Below are positions 14,202 through 27,412 of a DNA stretch of 64,000 bases, in pieces. Below the pieces are notes generated by a model. It ran no database searches, had not been told where the DNA came from, and saw only the letters and a list, made by a program, of their open reading frames with translations. The translations under genes and the position numbers were made by a program. Where the stretch lies: NCBI GenBank assembly GCA_964016885.1, contig OZ024747.1:14012001-14076000 (forward strand), in the 5' to 3' direction. Source of the stretch: Eledone cirrhosa (taxonomy: Eukaryota). Within the stretch, counting starts at the first letter, position 1; every line of letters starts with the position of its first letter.

Positions 14202-14454
14202 CACTTTATCGCATGAGTCTTCATATTGACATGGTGGTGATGATTGTTTAGGCATCACACAAACAATATATCCTACATTGTAACAATTTCCTGAACATGA
14301 GTGGTAAATACTCTGCTTATAAATATATTATGGGTTGGCATCAGGAAGGGCCTTCAGTTGTGGAAACATTGTATTTATATATGTGTGTGCATATATGTTC
14401 TTTTGTGTGTATAAGCAGGGAAAAGCGGACGTAAAATGAAATGATGATGATATA

Positions 14455-14781
14455 TCATCATCATTTTATGTCCGCTTTTCCCTGCTTGCAAGGGTGGGAC
14501 GGGAACTGATTCTGGCATGATTTCTACAGCTGGATGCCCTTCCTAACACCAACCTCATTTACAGTGAGTGCTGGGTGCTTTTTTGCCATGGCACCTCCAC
14601 GACCATTTTGCAGTGGAATGATAGAGACCCCAGTCCCTATCATCTCATTTCTACAGCTGAGTAAACTGGAGCAATGTGAAATAAAGTTTCTTGCTCAAGG
14701 AAACAACACATCACCTGGTCTGAGAATTGAACTCACAACCTTTCGATTGCAAGGCCAATGCTCTAACCACTAAGCCATATG

Positions 14782-14783
<2 letters not shown>
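14455..14783 (-). mobile_element. tRNA-derived SINE (family of 35456)
   Basis: Reverse complement of 35456-35791. Confidence 0.88.
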
Positions 14784-14815
<32 letters not shown>

Positions 14816-15045
14816 TGTATACGTACATACATATATGTATACAGACGTACAGTAGCATGCACATATATATATATATATATACATATATACATACATATGC
14901 ATACAGGTACACATACATATATGCACGTATCAGTTTAGCGGCGCTAACGTCGCTTTGTTCGTTTGTAAACAAACTGAACAGCCTGAATTTATGCCATACG
15001 GTGTTAAGGCAACCACGTCACCTTTTTGTTCAACACTGACACAGG

Positions 15046-15090
15046 AACGATGTACTAGTTTCAAGCTTGTTAGCTATCATCAGCACCGTT
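15046..15090 (-). ncRNA. Minimal type I hammerhead ribozyme, copy 1
   Basis: Minus strand: aacggug CUGAUGA u-agcu-aaca-agcu-u GAAA c-ua-g U A caucguu; 7-bp stem I with one GU pair, 4-bp stem II, palindromic ACUAGU stem III, GUA triplet. Confidence 0.85.
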
Positions 15091-15513
15091 TACCCATCTG
15101 CCAGATAATTGAACGTTCGAAAGTATATACTTTCCTTATGAAAATTAACGGCTGAGCAGCCTAATTTGCATATTGAGTGAGTTAAATCGGTCAGGCATAC
15201 CGAAAACGATAAATTGAAACAAAATGAAAACGAAATTTCATTTCTCACTCTTAGTATGGCACTTACTTAAATGTAAGTATGCATGTATACGTACATACAT
15301 ATATGTATACAGACGTACAGTAGCATGCACATATATATATATATATATACATATATACATACATATGCATACAGGTACACATACATATATGCACGTATCA
15401 GTTTAGCGGCGCTAACGTCGCTTTGTTCGTTTGTAAACAAACTGAACAGCCTGAATTTATGCCATACGGTGTTAAGGCAACCACGTCACCTTTTTGTTCA
15501 ACACTGACACAGG

Positions 15514-15558
15514 AACGATGTACTAGTTTCAAGCTTGTTAGCTATCATCAGCACCGTT
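15514..15558 (-). ncRNA. Minimal type I hammerhead ribozyme, copy 2
   Basis: Identical to 15046-15090, shifted by 468 bp. Confidence 0.85.
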
Positions 15559-16016
15559 TACCCATCTGCCAGATAATTGAACGTTCGAAAGTATATACTT
15601 TCCTTATGAAAATTAACGGCTGAGCAGCCTAATTTGCATATTGAGTGAGTTAAATCGGTCAGGCATACCGAAAACGATAAATTGAAACAAAATGAAAACG
15701 AAATTTCATTTCTCACTCTTAGTATGGCACTTACTTAAATGTAAGTATGCATGTATACGTACATACATATATGTATACAGACGTACAGTAGCATGCACAT
15801 ATATATATATATATATACATATATACATACATATGCATACAGGTACACATACATATATGCACGTATCAGTTTAGCGGCGCTAACGTCGCTTTGTTCGTTT
15901 GTAAACAAACTGAACAGCCTGAATTTATGCCATACGGTGTTAAGGCAACCACGTCACCTTTTAAGTAAGTGCCATACTAAGAGTGAGAAATGAAATTTCG
16001 TTTTCATTTTGTTTCA

Positions 16017-16113
<97 letters not shown>

Positions 16114-16486
16114 TGTATGTATGTATGTATGTGTGTGTGTGTGTGTGTGGAAAGTTATATTTAAATTGTTGGGTTACAACGAGTAAATATTTATAACTGA
16201 TATAAAAGCACTCAACAAGTATTTGGAGTATATTTACGATATTAAATAAATGGAAATTATATTTATAAAACCATATTTATTTCATTATATATATTTCAGG
16301 GATATCATATTAACAATATGTTATGCCTTCTTCAGACAAAAATACAATATAGACAGTCTTATAAATAAATAGATTCGACATACCTTTCAACATCGACTTG
16401 CATTTGAAAAGTTGATTTGGCAGTAAAAATATTATGGCCAGTTGTAAAAAGAAAGAAAGAAAGAAAGAAAAACGAAGAAAAAGAAG

Positions 16487-16526
<40 letters not shown>

Positions 16527-16574
16527 CCAAGAGATTCTGATAAAATGTTAATGCTGTTGTTTGTTCTTATGCAG

Positions 16575-16806
16575 TGCCCTCTATGTTGTTGATTTGAAAA
16601 AGTTTCGTCGGATAGCAGCTGGAGATCGTTTGAGAGGACAGTACCAAGGTTTGAGCCAAGATCCAAACAGCCTTGCCAATTTAGATCAAGATCTGCCTAA
16701 CAATATGATCCACCAAGTGTCTATCAAATCATTACCTCAGGAATGGCTCTGGTGTGAGACTTGGTGTAGTACGAAAGAATTGAAGAAAGCAAAAACTATT
16801 GATTTG
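16575..16806 (+). CDS. UGGT: UGGT internal exon (DQDLPN and WLWCETWC motifs)
   Basis: ttatgcag acceptor and gtgagt donor; 232 nt reading (S)[77 protein letters not shown]. Confidence 0.97.
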
Positions 16807-17439
16807 GTGAGTAATAATAATTTGTATTTTTATAAATTTTATATCACTTGAACCTTAGTTGTTTTTTTTTTTGTTTTTTTTTACTTTTTCCTTCTCATCG
16901 TCATTGTTTTAACCTGTATCCAGTTTGTGCTGGAGAATTGTCATCTGCTCTGGCTTGGATCACATCTGGACAACTCGTCTAACCCATGCTAGCATAAAAA
17001 AATGGACGATAAACGATAATAATGATTGTTAATGCTGCAATTGATTGGCTTGGTCTGTTGTATAACATACCTCACATATTTCAGGTCGATTATCTTGATA
17101 TCCATTATTATTGTTATTATTATTTTGCAAAAATTAGGGCAGTGGATTGACAGTATCAATAGAGCTTCAGGCAACATGTTTTATGGCATAGAGTTATGGC
17201 CTTTTACGTTCTCAGCTCAAATCCCACCGAGATTAACTTTGCCTTTCATCCTTACAGGGTTGATAAAATAAAGCACCAGTTATGCACTGGGTTCAATTTA
17301 ATCGACTTTCCCCTCATCCCAAAATATGATAACAAAAGAGTTAAGCCTTTGTAATCTAGGATTAAATTAATTAATATATCCTTTATTTTTGAGATGTGAT
17401 TTGAAGGAATTTCAACTGCTGTTTCTAGCTGGTTGAGCT

Positions 17440-17720
17440 ATAGACTCAGACTCAGAAGCTCCCGCGTCTTGCGACGCATGAAGCAATCATTGTGTTCCAC
17501 CGCGTTCAGTCAGCAGCCAGTTGCACAGCTCCCCGCCATTGTCTGTTTGTTGCTCGCAGGTCCCTCTCAACTGTCTGGCGCCAGTTCATTTTGGGTCGCC
17601 CTCTCCGTCTGCTTCCCTGTGGGTTCCATTTAAGTACTTGGTTCGCCAGTCTCTCCGGGGGAAGTCTCAAAGCGTGCCGAAACCAGCCCAGGCGTCGCTT
17701 GCAGATGTCAGAAGAGACCA
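17440..17720 (-). mobile_element. RTE LINE 3' fragment
   Basis: KRRLGWFRHALRLPPERLANQVLKWNPQGSRRRGRPKMNWRQTVERD followed by a (gagtct)n tail. Confidence 0.85.
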
Positions 17721-18240
17721 GTAACACCAATAATATTGTGATACAGGTTCAAACTAAGCCTTCAACTTCACCATCCTTTAACAAAAGACAAAAATAATTA
17801 TATCACACTTCATCAAAACCAGTTATTTTCATTTGAAGCCTGAACATTTCTTCTCATTTGTGCCTTGGAGTTTTAAAAATATAACAAAAAGTAAATTTTT
17901 TTTTTCTTTAAAAAAAAAAGATATTTTAATGTAATTTCCCCCCCCCCCCCAAAGTACCTGGAGATAAACTAAAACAAAAGCCACTAATTGTTAGCTCTTA
18001 ATACTCGTTTAATAGAATATGGAAATATAGAGCTAATTACTTAATGAACTTAATCTATTAAAGTAGTGAGGGAGAGTGTGTGTATATGTGTGTGAAAAGG
18101 CGAAAAGAAGAAAGGAAAAAGATGTATAGAGTCTATTTTTTTAAAAACTGTTCTCGGTTCTTTTTCCTTTTCTACTTATGTGTGTGTGGGTGTATTAATA
18201 TACATATGATATATATGTGTGTATATATATATGATGATGA

Positions 18241-18304
<64 letters not shown>

Positions 18305-18339
18305 TTATATATGTATATATATATACATATATGTGTGTG

Positions 18340-18371
<32 letters not shown>

Positions 18372-18390
18372 TATTTATATGTATATACAT

Positions 18391-18435
<45 letters not shown>

Positions 18436-19213
18436 GCAATTTAAAAATTTCCTTAAGAATGATTTTGAAATTACTTGATTTAATGTTTCACTTGTTTTAG
18501 ATCAATTATTGTAATTGAATTGAAATAAAGCCTCATATAGTATTGCCAACTACCTCAACTGCCTTGCTGCCAAGTGTACTTTGTCCTTTCAAGACCCTCA
18601 TATACTTCACCAATTTCTGTTTTCAGCACCACCCCTACTCCAACCTCCCACTCCCGCCAACACCAACCTTTCTCTATAAATTTAGGTTGGTACAACAGAA
18701 CATCCAGTCCAAACTAAAGAGGTCGTGTAGGTGTCACAACAGAAAAACACACAGTCCACGCTGTAATGTGGTCATGTACGTAACATGGTAAAAAGCTCCC
18801 AGTCCACACTGTAAATGTGGTTGGTGTTAGGAAGGGCATCCAACCGTAGAAAAGCTGCCAGATACAGTCCTATATGAGAGAGACAAGGTCTCCAGTCCAA
18901 TCTTGCCTGAAGTGGGACAACTCCCATCTAACCCATGCTAGCGTTGAAGATAGATGTTAAATGATGATGATGAGTTCTGTTAACTGTTAGCAAGTTTGAT
19001 CAGAAGTTGGGGTGCCAGATAATTCACTTGACATGGGCCTCCAGTTTTGATGGAGACTTACAAGCCCTCAAATTTTAGTTCTTTTAATCTGTACTGTCAC
19101 ATATTACCACATCATGTACACTACATGTACTTGATGTGGTAACATATACCTATAACCTATACAATAAACCATAGGTACTTATTACTAAAATACATAATGA
19201 GCAGTTTGAAATT

Positions 19214-19575
19214 AGGTCTACATTTCACATCTGGCTGAGCCTGTTACTATCTTTGGGGTGGCCTACATTTCACATCTGGCCTGGGCCTATTTCCAGCTAT
19301 AGTTGGGTGGTGGGCCTATATTTCAAATCTGGCCTGGGCTTTTTACTAGCTTTGTGTGGGTGGCAGTCCAACATTTCACATCTGATCAGAGCCCATTACC
19401 ATCTTTGTGTGGATGGCAATCCTACATTTCTCATCTGTCCTAGACCTATTACTAGCTTTAAGTGGCCAACCTATATTTCACATATATCTGGCTGGGTCTA
19501 TTACAAACTTTGATGGGTGGCAGCCCTATACTTCACATCTGGCCTAGGCATATCACTAGCTTTGATAAGCCTGGC
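19214..19575 (+). repeat. Degenerate approximately 47-bp tandem repeat, about 8 units
   Basis: Recurring cctacatttcacatctggcctgggcctattactagcttt. Confidence 0.8.
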
Positions 19576-22566
19576 CATTAACATACCCTTCTGTTCACTT
19601 TTCGAGACTGATCAGTGAATTTTTTTTCTTTTTCATTCCTATACCAGAGTTAGTTGTGAGTGAAATCTTGGTTTGATACAATTCCTCTGCATATAACCAG
19701 GAAAACATTATATTCTCTGCAGTTAACTTGTTTAGCTTCAAGTCAACTTTGTCTAATCTGACCTATGATCAAAAGCATTCCAGTGGGTCCTAACATTTCA
19801 CTACCACATAATCTGTTCATTCAAATGGATTTTCTCATAGACCCCAGGCTTTTAAAAGGTCTGTCTATTTACCAAGCTCATGATCACCCAGTACTACCTT
19901 TGCAGATCCCTCCAACTCCACCAGGGGTTCATGCAGATTACAGGTTTGGAACCTCTAGACTACATTATTCACTATACCTCCATAAATCCCTTCCTTTTTT
20001 TTTTTTTTAAAGATGTTAGGTTGTGGCTTGAAGATGTGACACTTATTTCTAGCAAGTGGAGCAACCACGTTGAGGTTCTCTCACTGGCTCAGTATTTCTG
20101 TGATAGGCCTGTATCGTTTTCTTACTGAAATATTCTCTCAAGTGCATTTTTTTTAGATATGTTACTATCTCTTCTTTTCATTTCCCCCCCTTTAGTCATT
20201 CACCTCCCCCCTCTCTTTCTCTCTATTCTTTTTCTAAATATTCTTTATAATGTTTGTTTTATGTGCAAAATGGCAGAGAACTTCTCAGAGCTAACAAACA
20301 GTATTTTACTCTGAAAAATTCATTGAATTCCGTTCTGTAGTCAGATCTTCTAATAGACTTCATTTGACTATCTTTAGATTACCATTCTTCAATTTGTAAA
20401 TGGCAGGTAAGGAATATCTTTTTAAAGATTACAAGGCCTATTGCTGTGTATTAGACAAAGGGTATTCTCTTCTTTCTTGTCCCCACTGCTTGATAGCTAT
20501 TTTTTGTATTTTTTCATTCGTATATTTTTTTCTGCTTTTCATATTCCTAAATTAAAGCTGTCATTAAGACCTATTCAGTTTCCCATTATATTAAAAATCG
20601 CTTAAGGCTATACATATTTTAACAGAAACAGCAGTGCCAAAAAAGAAAGAAGAAAAGTTTCACCTTTTTTATCAAAGCAATATTTCAAATGATTAATATG
20701 TTCTGTGAGATATTATATATATATATGTATAATATATCTGTTGTGTGAAAATGAAAAGAAAAATGTATGCATATATATACATATACATATTATACATATC
20801 ATATTATGCATATATATATAATTTCTTCACAACCTCATTCCTACTTAGGGAATATACTGTTGCCTCCAATCCTTGCCATATTATTATGTTCCTACTGATT
20901 AGTCCTTGAAAGTATTTATTTTTGTGGAAAAAAAAAAACACAGGTTCAAGAAAATAAACAGCGGCAAGTGTTTTAAGACAATTTCCCCTTCTAAAATGGG
21001 AATTGGCCTTGTAAGTTCCATGAAAAACTTCAGCCTTATCATGGGGTCTTTTTTGAAGCAATGTTTTATGGTCGGATGCCTGTCCTGGCACATCCTGGTG
21101 TTTTTTGTCTCTTGTTAAAAGTTGCAGCAATACAGAGTATTTATTCTTAACCAAATAATAAGAATACGGATAGAAAGAATTATTTAAATTAGTATTAGCA
21201 AAGAATGCACACTCTTAATCTCCCTCTCTCTATATCACTTGGTCTTCAAATTCAAATTCTCAACATTTTATTTTCACTAGTTGGATTTCCTTCTCCCTTA
21301 CCCAGACCAAACCTTACCCACCATCATTTTTTATTGTGCCTTCCATGACCATATTTCTTATTGAAAATGCTACATATGTTGTTTTCTATTTTTAGTAAAG
21401 TTTATCAAAGATTTTGAGGGATTTAATAAAACAACTAACATTTTTATATATTTGTATATCAGGCTGGCACATGTTTGGAATATGAACTAGCAAAAGGTTA
21501 TTTGTTAGAATTATGATGGAATATTTTATTTTTTAATATGAACATTTTAAAACAGGAGGTTTTTATATTAAAAAGCTAGAGGTAATCTTATTAGTATCAG
21601 AAGGATTAATCTAAGTATTTTTTAATTTTATATTAAAGAAATAAATATTTAACGATATTAATTTGTAGTATAGGGGTTCCCTAAAACTCTTTTACAAATA
21701 AGATTTTTCAAGTTTGACTATTGAAGCTATGAGACTATTGAGACTATGTCTTGCTTTTACTGTTGAAAAAGCTTATTTGAAAAAGATTTTTAGGTAACCC
21801 CTGTAGTCTTTCTTGTGAAGAAAATCTATAGTTGTTGGAGATTCCTTGAAATCTCATACTTTGTTATTCTTACTATCTGTCATTGTTGTGATTGATATAT
21901 GAGTTAAGAACCTATGTGAAATATTGATATGCTAAAATAAACTCCAAGGATTCCCACCATAGACCAATTCTTGAAGGTCAGAGTATAAAACCATAAATAA
22001 ATTTTCAAGAATTTTTTATCAGTAAATAAATTTTTTTTTTTAAATTCTAAAATTAAACAAAGTTTATTGAGGTTTTTTAAAACTGTAACTATATGACTCT
22101 GGAACGAAGTTTAGGTTGGCTGAAATATTAGCTTGAAAATGCATTAATTCTTTGGTGTTTTTTATAAATAGTATATAACAGCTTTGCATGAACTCCAATG
22201 CATTGAGCTTTTCACCTTCCGGTAAAGTTTCAATACTCAACTTAATAATAATAATATTATTATTACTATCACTAGAAACAATTATTATTACTATCACTAT
22301 ATATCATCATCATCGTTTAACGTCCATCTTCCACGCTAGCATGGGTTGCACGGGTTTGCCCCAGTTGAGGCAAGATTGGTCGGGTGACCGTGTCTCGCTC
22401 ATACGGAAGTGTCTCTGGCAGGTTTTCTACAGCTGGATGCCCTTCCTAACACCGACCACATTTACAGCGTGGACTGGGGGCCTTTTTACTGTGTCTCCTA
22501 CATATATATATCATCATCATCATTATCATCACTATTGCTGTCATTTAACGTCCACTTTCCATGCAA

Positions 22567-22604
<38 letters not shown>

Positions 22605-23199
22605 GCACAAATACACACATATGGTGTCAACGCATGCTAGCATGTGGAACTGCTGCCGATATGTGTATGTATGTGCTTGTTTGTTTGTATGTATTTATGT
22701 GAGTGTATCTTCATTTTCTTGCTTATATATAGCGTGCATATATAAATATATGTATGTGTACATATGTTTGTGTCTGTATGTACGTATGTTTGTGTCTGTA
22801 TGTACGTATGTTTGTGTCTGTGTGTACGTATGTTTGTGTCTGTATGTACGTATGTTTGTGTCTGTGTGTATGTATGTAATGAACTAATGTGGATTTTGAA
22901 TCAGATTTTGCATTAATTTTTATCAAATAATAACAGCTGAAAACAGAAATAATATTCAATATTCATACATAAAAATTTAATGAGTTTACTTTGTTTACGG
23001 CTTAATGTTAATTATCAATTAACTTCTAGGTTATATTAACTTAATTGCAATGTATATGAATAAATTAGAAATTAATATTTTTATCGTTTCTTAAACTTGG
23101 TTTATGAGGTGGGGAAAAATAGGGAACAAATCAACTAATTTTTATCAAAATAGATTAATTTTTGACATTAGTGGAGTGAGAGATGTATGTATGTATATA

Positions 23200-23246
<47 letters not shown>

Positions 23247-23476
23247 CTTTCTCTCTCTTTCTCTATGTGTGTGTGTATGTATATATATGTATGTATTTAC
23301 ATCTATATATATGTATGTACATATATATGTGTATGTATATATATGTATGTATTTACATGTATATATATATATGTACATATATATGTGTATACATATATAT
23401 GTATGCACATGTGTGTGTGTGTGTATATATATGTATATATGTGTATGCACATATAAATGCGTATGTATGTATATGC

Positions 23477-23518
<42 letters not shown>

Positions 23519-23579
23519 ACCTATATATATATGTACCTATATATATATATATGTACATATAAATATATATATATGTGTT

Positions 23580-23623
<44 letters not shown>

Positions 23624-23757
23624 CACATATAAATGCGTATATATATGTGTGTGTATGCATATGTGTGTATATATATATATATATATGTATGCACATATAA
23701 ATGCGTATATATATGTGTGTGCATATGCATGTGTGTATATATATATATTTATATATA

Positions 23758-23804
<47 letters not shown>

Positions 23805-23833
23805 GTGTGTGTATATATATATATATGTGTGTG

Positions 23834-23866
<33 letters not shown>

Positions 23867-23877
23867 ATGTGTGTGTG

Positions 23878-23966
<89 letters not shown>

Positions 23967-23975
23967 GTGTGTGTG

Positions 23976-24008
<33 letters not shown>

Positions 24009-24034
24009 GTGTGTATATATATATATACACACAC

Positions 24035-24086
24035 ACATGCTTAGTTGCCATGTGTATATATATATATATACACACACACACATATA

Positions 24087-24134
<48 letters not shown>

Positions 24135-24186
24135 TATATGTGTGTGTGTGTATATATATATATATACACATGGCAACTAAGCATGT
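24035..24186. repeat. Palindrome centred on a (TA)n tract
   Basis: acatgcttagttgccatgtg ... cacatggcaactaagcatgt with mirrored microsatellite interruptions. Confidence 0.8.
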
Positions 24187-24295
24187 TTCTCTTGATACTC
24201 AGAGTATCATGCTGGAGATTAATCATAGATTAATATCTGCTGTTGGCTTATGATTGATAGTGCATGTTAGATTGATCTGGTTCGATTAATTAAAC

Positions 24296-24333
<38 letters not shown>

Positions 24334-24336
<3 letters not shown>

Positions 24337-24770
24337 TCATCATCAACGTTTTACGTCCATTCTTCCACGCTAGCATGGGTTAGACGGGTTGTCCTGTTGT
24401 GGGCAGTGCCCGGTCGGCTGACTTTGTCTTGCTCATACGGGAACTGATTCTGGCTCGATTTCTACAGCTGGATGCCCTTCCTAACACCAACCTTATTTAC
24501 AGTGAGTGCTGGGTGCTTTTTTTTTCTTGGTGCCTACACGTCCACTTTACAGTGTGGGCTGAGTGCTTTTTTTTTTTCCCGTGGCACCTCCACGACCACT
24601 TTGTAGTGGAATGATGGTGAACCCAGTCCTATCATTTCATTTCTACAGCTGAGTAAACTGGAGCAATGTGAAATAAAGTGTCTTGCTCAAGGAAACAACA
24701 CATCACCCGGTCCGAGAATTGAACTCACAACCTTTCGATTGCAAACCCAATGCTCTAACCACTAAGCCAT
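24334..24770 (-). mobile_element. tRNA-derived SINE, variant with a longer RTE tail
   Basis: Same head and core as 35456; the tail matches 8668-8930. Confidence 0.85.
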
Positions 24771-24872
24771 GAGTATATATGTATATATATCATCCTCATC
24801 ACTGTTTTTATGACCATTTCTCCATGCCTGCATGGTCCTTTTCACCACACCATCTCTCCGGTGATTATATAT

Positions 24873-25592
24873 ACTAGCAGAAAAACCACCCTTTGGGTGG
24901 TTTTCTGCTAGCATGTGTAGTGTGATATTATACGCAAGTATATATACATGTAGATATGATACATCAACTAAAATAGTAATTGACAATATAAACAGAAATT
25001 GAACGAAGACTGCGTTACACTGTCTTATGTAATCAGTAACGTAATCCATGAGACATTAAAAAAAGACGATATTATATATAAACTGCATTAGGAGAAAATT
25101 AGTATGTTTATTTAAGTGATCACCACCGGAAGTGTTGACATCACATACTCTCTCTTTCTATATATATGGTAGTTGATGTGGTGGCGACGATATACCGGAA
25201 GTGCAACTTTGAAAAGGAGTCAATTTTAAAATATTTATTTTTACAAAATTATTTTTCTTTACGGAATTTAGTAGATAAATTATGTAATATTCATTCCTTA
25301 TTTATTCAAAGTAATAGGCGGTGGATTGGCAGTATCAGTAGAGAGTTGGACGCTATGCTTTCCAGCATAGTTACGTCCCTTTACGGTCTGAGTTCAAATC
25401 CCGCCGAGCTTTACTTTCTTTGCCTTTCATCCTTACGAGGTCAATAAAATAAAGTACCAGTAATGCACTGGGTAATTGCTGGCCTTGTGCCTAAAGTAGA
25501 AACAATTATTTATTCAAAGTAATCCAACTTATTTTACTAACGGGATACAAAAAAAAACGTACGCAGTCCCACAGACCTTCCTTTATTATAGT
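24873..25592 (-). mobile_element. Possible non-autonomous Helitron-like element(s)
   Basis: CTAG next to the hairpin accaccc-ttt-gggtggt at 24875-24910; far end ctttattatatag; boundaries uncertain. Confidence 0.4.
25318..25510 (+). mobile_element. Meta-like SINE with an approximately 18-bp TSD
   Basis: Family consensus, with ttatttattcaaagtaat on both sides. Confidence 0.85.
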
Positions 25593-25621
25593 TTAAATAT
25601 ATTTAAATATATATATATATC

Positions 25622-25773
25622 TCAAAATAAAGATTCAAAGGCATGGTATAAATTTCCAATCATTTTAATCACGACACATGTTTCAATAAGAGATCGATCT
25701 ATGTCTTATTGAAACATGTGTCGTGATTAAAATGATTGGAAATTTATACCATGCCTTCAGATCTTTATTTTGA
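25622..25773. repeat. About 70-bp-arm fold-back containing an HHR-like 3' half (GAAACATGTGTC)
   Basis: 25622-25691 versus 25704-25773 are reverse complements with a few mismatches. Confidence 0.8.
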
Positions 25774-25902
25774 TACAAATACTCCGTTTTACATCATCTA
25801 GCTGTTCCCATAAATGGAATTGGAGATGTACAAAAGCGTGGAGAACTGAATATTGCTAACAAAAATTTATTGGACCGTTTGACACAACCAATAATATATA
25901 AC

Positions 25903-25973
<71 letters not shown>

Positions 25974-26435
25974 TATCATCATCATCATCATCATCATCGT
26001 TTAACGTCCGTGTTCCATGCTTGCATGGGTTTGGACGGGAATATATATATATATTCATATATACATACATGTGTGTGTGTATATATATATATATATATGT
26101 GTGTGTGTATAGGGAACTGTGTGTACTTAGAAAATCTAATTAGTTTCTATGCATGTGATAAGTTTACAAATGATATGCATATTTATATATGTATGTATGT
26201 GTGTGTGTATATATATATATATATACAATATATATATATATACATACATAAATTAACATGTAAATCAGTTTCCTTATCATAGTTTTTGATTGGTATCATT
26301 TTCTAATATTGTTGTGCCCTTCTATTCCAAATATGGTCAACACATGTTATATGTATCATTGCTAATTAAAAATATTTCAATAAGAAGCAAAAGAGCTCAA
26401 TATAAAAATCAAAAAGCATTACATAGTATGCACTC

Positions 26436-26479
<44 letters not shown>

Positions 26480-26636
26480 ATGTATGTATGTATGTATATA
26501 TGTGTATGTGTATATATATATATGTGTATATATATATGTGTATATATATATGTGTATATATATATATATATATACATGTACACACACATATATACACACA
26601 TATATATACATATATATATATGTATATATATGTATG

Positions 26637-26667
<31 letters not shown>

Positions 26668-26683
26668 GTATATATATATATAC

Positions 26684-26798
<115 letters not shown>

Positions 26799-27412
26799 TA
26801 AATATATTGCATGAAAATTGCAAGAGTTAAGTATATTCTGATCAGTACAAAAACTAATCTCTCACCTTTTCACTGCTTCTAATTTCCTTGAAATCAGGAA
26901 TGGATAAGATTTCCTTATTGAATTTAAATATTTCTCCTCGCAAATAGATATTCAAATGCTATTTTTTTTTTTTTAAATAAACATAATCATTATTGGTAGA
27001 GTGCCAGGCACCATGCTTTGTGGAATGAAGTTACAGCCCTTTACATTCTGATTTGAAATCCCACCGAGGGTGGCTTTACCTTTCATCCTTACAGGTCAAT
27101 AAAATAAAGTACCATACACACACTAGGGTCGATTTAATCAAATTTCCCTTCCCCTTCAAATTGTTGGCTTTGTGCCTACCGCAGAAGCCATTATTATGGT
27201 TGGCAACAGGGCACCATATTGGAAGACTTAGTAGAGCATTGGACAAAATGCTTTACTGTATTCAGTTGCAGTTCTTTTCTATCTGAGTCTAAATCCCTCA
27301 GTGCTCAACTTTGTCTAATGGATTCAATAAAATAGTACCAGTTAAATCTGTGCTGATTTAATCAACTTACCCCTTCCTCCAAAAGTAACACGCATTGAGC
27401 CTGTCCAGTCTG

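Larger units (their letters stand above)
14810..16022 (-). mobile_element. HHR-bearing 468-bp tandem element (retrozyme or Penelope pLTR-like) with an inverted terminal segment
   Basis: Units start at about 14811, 15279 and 15747 (ORF-track hits also repeat at +468); 15960-16022 is the reverse complement of 15209-15271; flanked by (TA)n on both sides. Confidence 0.8.

Noticed and set aside
20804-21154. Overlapping ORFs in unique sequence
   Set aside because: No recognisable motif or convincing splice sites
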